DNA of 64,000 nt from assembly GCA_033442325.1 (NCBI GenBank), contig JAWQFM010000009.1, positions 1,117,460 to 1,181,459 of the forward strand. The letters run 5' to 3'. The DNA comes from Salpingoeca rosetta (taxonomy: Eukaryota > Protista > Choanoflagellata). The position numbers were made by a program, and so were the translations under genes. Numbering within the stretch: the stretch's first letter is position 1; every line of letters begins with the position of its first letter. Positions 48,431 to 64,000 of the stretch are shown here, piece by piece. The notes under the pieces were generated by a model that was given only the letters and a program-made list of their open reading frames with translations, was not told the origin of the DNA and made no database searches.

Positions 48431-48774
48431 TGCACTCGTGCATACAATTGCGTGCGTGTGCGCGTATGTTTGTGTGTGATTGATTTGTTGCGTTTCTGTC
48501 TTCCTTGGTTGCCTTGCTGGCTGGTCGCTTTGTTCGGCGCACGTCTTGCCGAAGTTCCACCACGTTGCTACACACCATCCCCATGGCATGGCACGGCATG
48601 GCTGCAGCTGACAAGAGGCAAGAAAAGAAGCAACGTGTGAAGAAGGCGAGAGAGGAGGACAACACACACCATTGGAGATGACTCATCATTTTCTTTTCTG
48701 CTTCGTCGACACTGTGCACTGTGCCAAACCGCGCAACAAGCAAGCCAAGCCGCTCACCCACGACTTCGTCAACC

Positions 48775-53560
<4,786 letters not shown>

Positions 53561-53716
53561 GATGAATGAGATTGATGTGGCGCGCAGCAGCAGAGGACAG
53601 ACGTCCGCACACAAAAAGGGCAAGCACAAGCAACCTGCCAGCAGCCACACAACACACACACACACGCACACACACTGACAAGCACACACACGCACGCACA
53701 CACACTGACAAGCACG

Positions 53717-53751
<35 letters not shown>

Positions 53752-53951
53752 ACAAGCACACGCACGCACACACACACACACACACACAAGCACACACAGA
53801 CTGTTGATTTTTCTTAATGGCTTTCATAAATTTCCTCGCTTGACGACACAAAATACGAAGAAGGGGTTGTTGCCTCTCCCACAAACAACCCATCATCACC
53901 ACAACCGCATACACTTGCACGTCGGATCAGCAGCGACACCAGACACACACA

Positions 53952-53998
<47 letters not shown>

Positions 53999-54002
53999 CG
54001 AG

Positions 54003-55378
54003 ATGGTGTCCACCATCGTCGAGCCATCCTTTGTGTTTGGCTTGAAGGGTGATGTGAGCGACAACATCTGCTATTTGGACGAGCAGAACGTCATCTACCC
54101 GGCCGGCTCCTCCGTTGTCGTGTACAACATCCAACAGAAGACACAGCGGTTCATCCACGGGACCGAGGGCTCGGCGGGCTTTACCGCGCTCGCTGTCAGC
54201 CCAAACAGGCGCTATGTCGCCATAGCAGAAAAGGCCGAACGCGCCTCCGTCACCATCTACGATCTGCATTCCCTCAAGAAACGAAAGGTGCGTGTTGTGT
54301 GTGTTTTGTGTGTGTATGTATGTATGTGTGTGTGTGTGTGTGCTTTGTGTATTTGTGCGCGCTGTTGCATGTGTGAAAATGATTCACTTGTGCTGCTCGT
54401 ACCCCTCTCCCTCATCTCCATTCTTTTTTTCTGCACCCTGTCGTGTACACACACTCATCTACGCGCACCACCACACTCATCTACGCACACACACACACAC
54501 ACATGCACACACACATGCACGCACCACCACACAATCCAACCAACCCTCCAACCCTCCAACCAAAACATCACAAACCCGCAGTTCCTGAGCGATGCCACAT
54601 CAGATTGTGAGGAGTTTGTGTGCATGACGTTCAGCCCCGACTCCAAGTACTTGGTGACGCTGGGTGGTGCACCAGAGTGGTTCATGCACTACTGGGCGTG
54701 GGAGAAGAGCCAAGGCCCCATGGCCGTCACAAAGTGCTCGCTGGACCCCAGCATCCCCGTGTACCGCGTCACCTTCAACCCACAGGACAACACGCACCTC
54801 TGCGTGACCGGCAGCAACACGCTCAAGATGTACCGCTACACAGAGGGCAACTTCAAGCAGCTTGCGTTCCAGAAGATTGAGGGCCAGGACTATTTGAGCC
54901 AGTGCTGGCTGGCAGAGGACGCGGTTGTATGCGGCACTGCATCCGGCAAGATCCTCCTCTTTGTTGGCGGCGAACTCAAGGCGGAAATGAACGTGTCGGA
55001 ACGCGTGACCTACGTGGCCGCCCTGAACAACGGGTTTGCGTGCGGCACAGCGAGCGGCAACGTCATCGTGTACGAGGCGACAGAGGACGAGGAGCTGTAC
55101 AAGCAGGCGCAGGAAGTGCCGCTTCCCGCCGACATCGCAAACACAACACAGAGCGTCCACTGCATCGCCGTGTCGCCATCGGAAGACGCCCTCGTGTGCA
55201 CAACGAAGGAGGGCCAGATCTACACCCTCAATCTCGCAGCCACAGAATCAGACATCCTCAGGGTGCGCGAAGCATGGGTTGCACGTGTGTGTGTGTGTGT
55301 GTCTGTGTCTGTGTCTGTGTCTGTGTCTGTGTCTGTCTGTCTGTCTGTACGTGTGTATGGGTGTTTGTATGTGCGTTT

Positions 55379-55422
<44 letters not shown>

Positions 55423-57485
55423 TGATCGTATTGTCGATGTGTGCTGTCGGATTCGACCATCCTTGCAACCCGTTTTTTCTCAACAAACATCACACGCACA
55501 CACACATACACACACATACACACACATACACACACATACACACACGCGCGCATACAGGGGGACCAGCCTGTTGGGCTGCGGCTGCTGTCTGACCTGTTCC
55601 ACCACCGCGCCATCACGGGGCTCGACGTGGCCGTGCGCAAACCGCTCATCGCCACCACCTCCCTGGACTGCAGCATCCGCGTGTGGAACTACCACACACA
55701 CGCGCTGGAGCTTGTCAAGTACTTCTCCGAGGAGGCACACTCCATTGCCATCCACCCGAGCGGCCTGTTTGTGCTCGTCGGGTTTGGCGACAAGCTGCGG
55801 CTCATGAGTCTGCTGATGGACGATATGCACACCATCAAGGAGTTTAGCATCCGCGAGTGCAAGGAGTGCCGCTTCAGCAACGGCGGCCACCTCTTTGCAG
55901 CAGCACAGGGCAACGTCATTCAGGTCCGGGGCATGCGGTGTCGTTGCTCGTGTGGGCTGCGATGGCAATGATAACACTAGCATAGGCGTGTGTGTCTGTC
56001 TGGCTGTATCTGTGTGCGTGTGTCTGTCTTTCTTTTTGTCTCTTGTCTGTGTGCGTGTGTCGAGCTGTGTGTATATGTCCCTCTGTCCCTCTGTTCGTAT
56101 TTGCATTACCATCACTGGCACTTTGTACCGACACAACCACATCCGTGAGACCATGCACCACCCCTCTCCACGCCAATCCGCCCTGCATTTGCATCCCGGC
56201 TCACTCCCAATCGCCGCGGACATGTGTGCGATCATCTGCACAGATCTATTCAACGTGGACGTTCAAGCCTGTCGGGAGCCTCAAGGGCCACAGCGGTCGC
56301 ATCCGGTCCATCACCTGGAGCCCAGATGACACGCGCATTGTGTCCACAGGCGCTGACGGCGCCGTGTACGAGTGGTCCACGCTCGAACGCCGCCGCATCA
56401 ACGAGTGCGTGCAGAAGACGTGCAGCTACACTGGCGCAACACTCGACCCAGAGACGGGCGCTATTTATGCTGTCGGGTCCGATAAGATGCTGAAGCGCAT
56501 CCACAACAGCGACATGGAGCTCGAGGTGCCCGTGAGCGCACGTGCCACGTCCGACCTGGTGCTGACGCAAGTGATCGTGTCGAGTTCCGGCAAGATGCTC
56601 CTGGCGGCGACGGCGCAGGGCAGTGTCAGGTCGTACAAGGTGCCGCTGGAGCTCAAGGCGGAATGGACGTCCACCTGCACGCATTTCGGGGGCGTGACGC
56701 GGCTGCGCATTTCGCCAGACGACCAAACACTCTTCAGCGTCGGCGAGGACGGATGCTTGTTCCTGCACAAGCTCACAGACAAGGTGTGGTGGGAACAGGA
56801 GCGCGAATCACTCTTGCAGAACTTGTGTGTGCATGACAGCATGTGCATGAGCGAGCATGTGTTATGAACAACAACATAATAGCTTCAACTCACCTTTATG
56901 CATGCTCGAATGTTCTCTTTTGTGAATGCACGTATGTGTGTGTGTGTGTGTATGTGCAGGACGGGCGAGCGGGAAAGCGCCGCGCCCTCAGCGATTGGGC
57001 CGACGAAATCCTCATAACCAAATCGGACCTCGAGGAGAAGAACACGCTCATGAGCGAGGTTTGTGCGCACTGCTGCTGATGTTGCTGTTGCTGTTGTGGT
57101 AGTGGTGGTGGACGAACAACGATGCGTATCGACACGCCATCCTCACACTCACACGCACACTCAAACTCACACTCGCACTCACACACACACGCACACTCAA
57201 ACTCGCACTCACGCTCACGCTCACTCACTCACACACACACACACACACACACACACTCTCTCTCTCTCTCGCACTCACACACACACACACACAACATGCG
57301 TCGCACCTCCGCAGCTGAAGCGGCGGGTTGAGGAGCTGCAGATGGCGAGCGAATACCAACTCCGGCTCAAGGACATGAACTACAACGAGAAGATCAAGGA
57401 GATCACAGACAAGTTCACGCAGGAGAAGGAGGACCTCAAGCGCCAGCTGCAGTCAGGTGTGTGTGTGTGTGCTTGTGCCGTTGTA

Positions 57486-57517
<32 letters not shown>

Positions 57518-57939
57518 CTTGTGCCGTTGTATGTGCGTGTGCGTGTGTGTGTGTGTGTGTGTTTTTGCGTACTCCGCTGTTATGTGCGTACATCACATAC
57601 TCACATCAACATCACAACAATATCAACACAATCAACCACAACCATCCACTGCAGTGAAAGCGGAGAAGGAGAAGGAGGAGAACCGCCACAACGAAGAGAT
57701 TGCGTCACTCAACGACCGCCAGCTGCAGGAAATCCAAGAGCTGGAGCACCAGCACAACCAGAAACTCATGACAGAGTACGAGAAGTACCAGATGCTGCAG
57801 AAGAAGTCGCAGGAGATGCAGTCTGATTACGAAGAGCAGCTCGAGCGCATGGCGTCGTCCAAGGAGCAGGCCCTCAAGGACCTCGCAGAGTACTGGGAGG
57901 TGAGGCCTGGATTGCGTGTGTGTGGTGTGTGTGTGTGTT

Positions 57940-57971
<32 letters not shown>

Positions 57972-59486
57972 GACCTGCTTGTGTCGTCTTGTTTGGCATT
58001 TGGGATCACTCCACTCCCTAGCCATCACACACATGCACACAATTGCTCACACACAACATACACGCACAACCCCCCCCCCAAAAAAAACCCCCTCCAGAGC
58101 AAGCTGCGGGAGAAGACGGCGATGCTTGAGGCGGCGAATGAAGCTGCGCGGGACCAGCAGCGCGAGCACGAGGAAATTGTGCGGCAGATTGAGCTGGACG
58201 CCGACAAGGAGATTCTCGCCATGCGCCTCAACTACGAGAAGGCGCTCAAGGAAGAGAAGGAGCACGGCCTTGAAGTTAAGGTGCGGTCCTCTTGCTGGCG
58301 GCCTTGACGGCCGTGGTGGTGGGGAGGGGAGGAGAGAGGGGGGAGTGCCGCTGCTGATAGGTTTGTGCAAGGCACGTGTTCACACGTGGATTCGCGCACA
58401 ACTCTGCGCACACGCGCACACACACACACGAACACAACTACGCTCTAAATTAAGCACTCACGCGCGCGCGCGCGCACTCACCCACTCACTTGCACGCACA
58501 TATATATGCACACGCATGGACAGGGCGAGAACGGGATTCTGCTAAAGAAGTTCAAGGCGCTGCAGAGGGAGATTGAAGAAGAGCAGCACAAGCGGGCGGA
58601 CATGCAGGCCGAGCAGAAGAAGCTGCACGCGCACATCAAAGCGCTGGAGCGGGAGATTGTGAGCGGGAAGAAAGAGATTGACGAGCGCGACGAGACGATT
58701 CAGGACAAGGAGCGACGCATCTACGACCTGAAGAAGAAGAACCAGGAGCTGGAGAAGTTCAAGTTTGTCCTCGACTACAAGATCAAGGAGCTGAAGAAGC
58801 AAATTGAGCCCAAGGACCAAGACATCCGGGCCATGAAGCAGCAGATCTCGGAGATGGATGTGGAGCTGGAGCGGTACCACAAGACGAAGGACGCCCTGCA
58901 ACTGCAGGTGGAGGAGACCAACACGAAGCTCAAGGCGTCAGACACGCAGCTGCGCAAGCACCTGTCCCGGGTGAAGTTCCTCGAAAACGTCATTTCACGG
59001 TTCAAGTCTGAGCTGCAGGGTGCTGTTGGCTTCATCCAGGAGCCGAAGAAGCTCGCAGACACCGTCCGCGACATGCACCGCCGCCACTGCGTTGATGTGC
59101 GTTGTGAATTAGATTGTTTCATTTGTGTACTTGTTTGTTTGTTTGTTTGTTTGTTTGTTTGTTTGTTGGCTGGTTGGTTTGTTGGTTTATTGTGTATGTG
59201 TGTGTTTCTTTGTGTCTCATCACTTGTTGGTTGGTCACTTGCTGACGCTCGTGTCAAACCCGCACGAATTCTCAGTACCTCTTAGCTCGTGTGGTTGGGC
59301 TTCAATCACCTCACACTGCACCCCGCATCGTCATACATTCACCACCACCACCACCCCCTCCCTTGTTTGCTATTGCTGCAGTCTGACGATAAGGGAACGC
59401 CCATCGAGGAGGACATCCAGTCCGAACACAATCGCCAGCGCGACTTCCTCGAGCGAAACATCGCCGCCCTCCAGAAGAAGGTGTGT

Positions 59487-59559
<73 letters not shown>

Positions 59560-59607
59560 TGTGTGTGTGTATGTGTGTGTATGTGTGTGTGTGCGCGCGC
59601 CTATCTA

Positions 59608-59665
<58 letters not shown>

Positions 59666-60619
59666 AGCAGTTGCCTGCTTCCAATTTGAGTTTGATTGCC
59701 TCATTCGCTCACGTGTTTGCACGAAAATGCTTCAAAACAAACAGCTGAAGAAGGCCGAGGAGGCGCACACGTCCGAGGTGGGCCGCATTATGCAAGAAAA
59801 CGTTGGCCTCATCAAGGAGATCAACGACTTGCGGAAGGAGCTGAAGATGGCTCGGTCCGACGCAAAGCAGCTGCAAGGCACACTCAAGACAACGCGCACG
59901 CTCGCGCAGATGCGGGGGCAGCCGCTGCCGTCGAAGGACGAGACGAAGAAGCTTGCAGGTATGGCTTGCGTGCACTTTTTTGACGTCGCTACTTCTCTTC
60001 TTGCTGGGCTGCTGTTTGTGGTGTGGTGTTCGTAGCATTGTGTTGGTCGTGTTCGTGGTGATGTGTGATTGCTTGTGACCGCTGATGCTCACTCATTGTG
60101 TCAGTTCAAGCATCTTCCTTGCCGCGGTATCTCACGGTGTTTTTGATCATGTGCACGTGCACGTGCGCGCATGTCATGCAGGTGTGACGACGGCCACCCT
60201 GCGGGAATCGTACGAAACTGAACAGACAGATCGCATCATCACCATGCAGAAGCAGGAAATCAGGTGCGTGCGTGTGATAGTGTGTGTGTGTGTTAGTGGG
60301 TGTGTGTTTGTATGTGTGTTCGTGTGTTCGTGTGTGTGTGTGTGATTGTGTTCGTGTGTGTGTGTGTGTGATAGTGTGTGTGCGTGTGTGTGTGTGTGTG
60401 ATAGTGTGTGTTCGTGTGTTCTGTTCATCGTGAGCAAAATTGAATTTACAAACCTCATCGACTCTGACGCTCACGCACATCCTTCCGTTCCACCACCACC
60501 TTCCTTATCACCCTTCGTCCATGCGCAGGCGGTTGCGGGAAACGATCAAGGAGATGGAGAAGATCTCACAGAGCCGCCCACCGTCCACGGGCCGACTGCC
60601 ACCCATGACCACCGCATAG
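54003..60619 (+). CDS. CFAP57: Cilia- and flagella-associated protein 57 (WDR65): WD40 repeats + long coiled coil
   Basis: [116 protein letters not shown]. End [11 protein letters not shown]. Confidence 0.95.
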
Positions 60620-60700
60620 TTGCATGCTGTTGGCGTGGTCGCTCGTTCGCTTGGTTTGTGTTGTCGTGTTGTGTCTGTACTCCTCCTTGTGGCTGTTTCG

Positions 60701-60764
<64 letters not shown>

Positions 60765-61043
60765 TTCTGATTTGCTGTTGTGGTGGCTCATTCTTCCAGT
60801 GGCAAGTCTGTGCACCCCTTTTTCTTGTGTTGCGCACTGCTGTGAGCGAGCGCAGCAGTGTTGTTTACATATCGCTGTCACGGCACCGTCGCCACCTTCT
60901 CATATAGCAGAAACCAGACAGCACGAAGCAGCCATGCACACTTGCACAACAGCGTGATGGGTGTGGGAGGAGAGGAAGCGGAAGGTGGGGGAGTGGGAAC
61001 AGGCAGAACACACCAAGCGCATGCATGCGCACAATCCAATTCA

Positions 61044-63522
<2,479 letters not shown>

Positions 63523-63689
63523 GAATGATGACAGGAGGAGTCAAGGTGATCGTGAGAGAGTGAGTGTGTGCGTTTGGTGCATGTGTGTGTGTGTATGTGT
63601 GTGTGTGTGCGTGTGTGCTTGTGTGTGTGTGTGCGTTTGGTGTATGTGTGTGTGTATGCGTGTGTGTGTGTGTGTGTGTGCGTGCGTTT

Positions 63690-63763
<74 letters not shown>

Positions 63764-63786
63764 GGGGGGGTGTGTGTCCCTGGGGT

Positions 63787-63822
<36 letters not shown>

Positions 63823-64000
63823 CCACCCAGGATTTCCGGGTGTCAACTTGATTCCCCCCCATCCATTTCCGAGCCATCCCCTGCTGTGTGTCCTTCGCTT
63901 ACTTGGGGTATTTTGCACTTCATCCCTGTGCGTGCCTGTGAGCGGTTGTGAGCTCACCAGCCAACCAAGTTGCGTGTGGTCCAGCGCTGCCGCGAGCATC

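Noticed and set aside
53869-53875. GTTGCCT as an RFX X-box half-site upstream of the ciliary gene CFAP57
   Set aside because: Only a half-site without a convincing palindromic partner; GTTG-rich sequence is common here.

Overview
Intron-rich, gene-dense eukaryotic DNA. GC-rich exons are separated by short introns full of (GT)n/(CA)n microsatellites. This style, with CFAP57, DIP2, LZIC and many acidic tyrosine motifs, suggests a choanoflagellate such as Salpingoeca rosetta; this is an inference, not a database match. Manual splicing gives 14 protein-coding genes: (1) 5'-truncated single-pass receptor with DUF11-like ectodomain repeats and a tail of about 35 tyrosine motifs; (2) stand-alone Lon N-terminal-domain protein; (3) EF-hand/coiled-coil protein resembling class II Rab11-FIPs; (4) SDS22-type LRR protein; (5) DIP2; (6) PSME3IP1; (7) PFDN2; (8) PDZ-SH3-tyrosine-motif adaptor; (9) LZIC; (10) SLC35F6; (11) secreted pectate-lyase-3-like beta-helix protein; (12) U-box-like + dynamin-like GTPase with a degenerate P-loop + helical stalk + RNI-type LRR protein; (13) CFAP57; (14) OCRE-like + PP2C phosphatase. 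Gene 12 is the strongest candidate for an undescribed system. Most ORFs in the supplied track are microsatellite or antisense artefacts. I recognised no RNA genes, CRISPR arrays or transposons. A 100-N assembly gap lies at 50271-50370.
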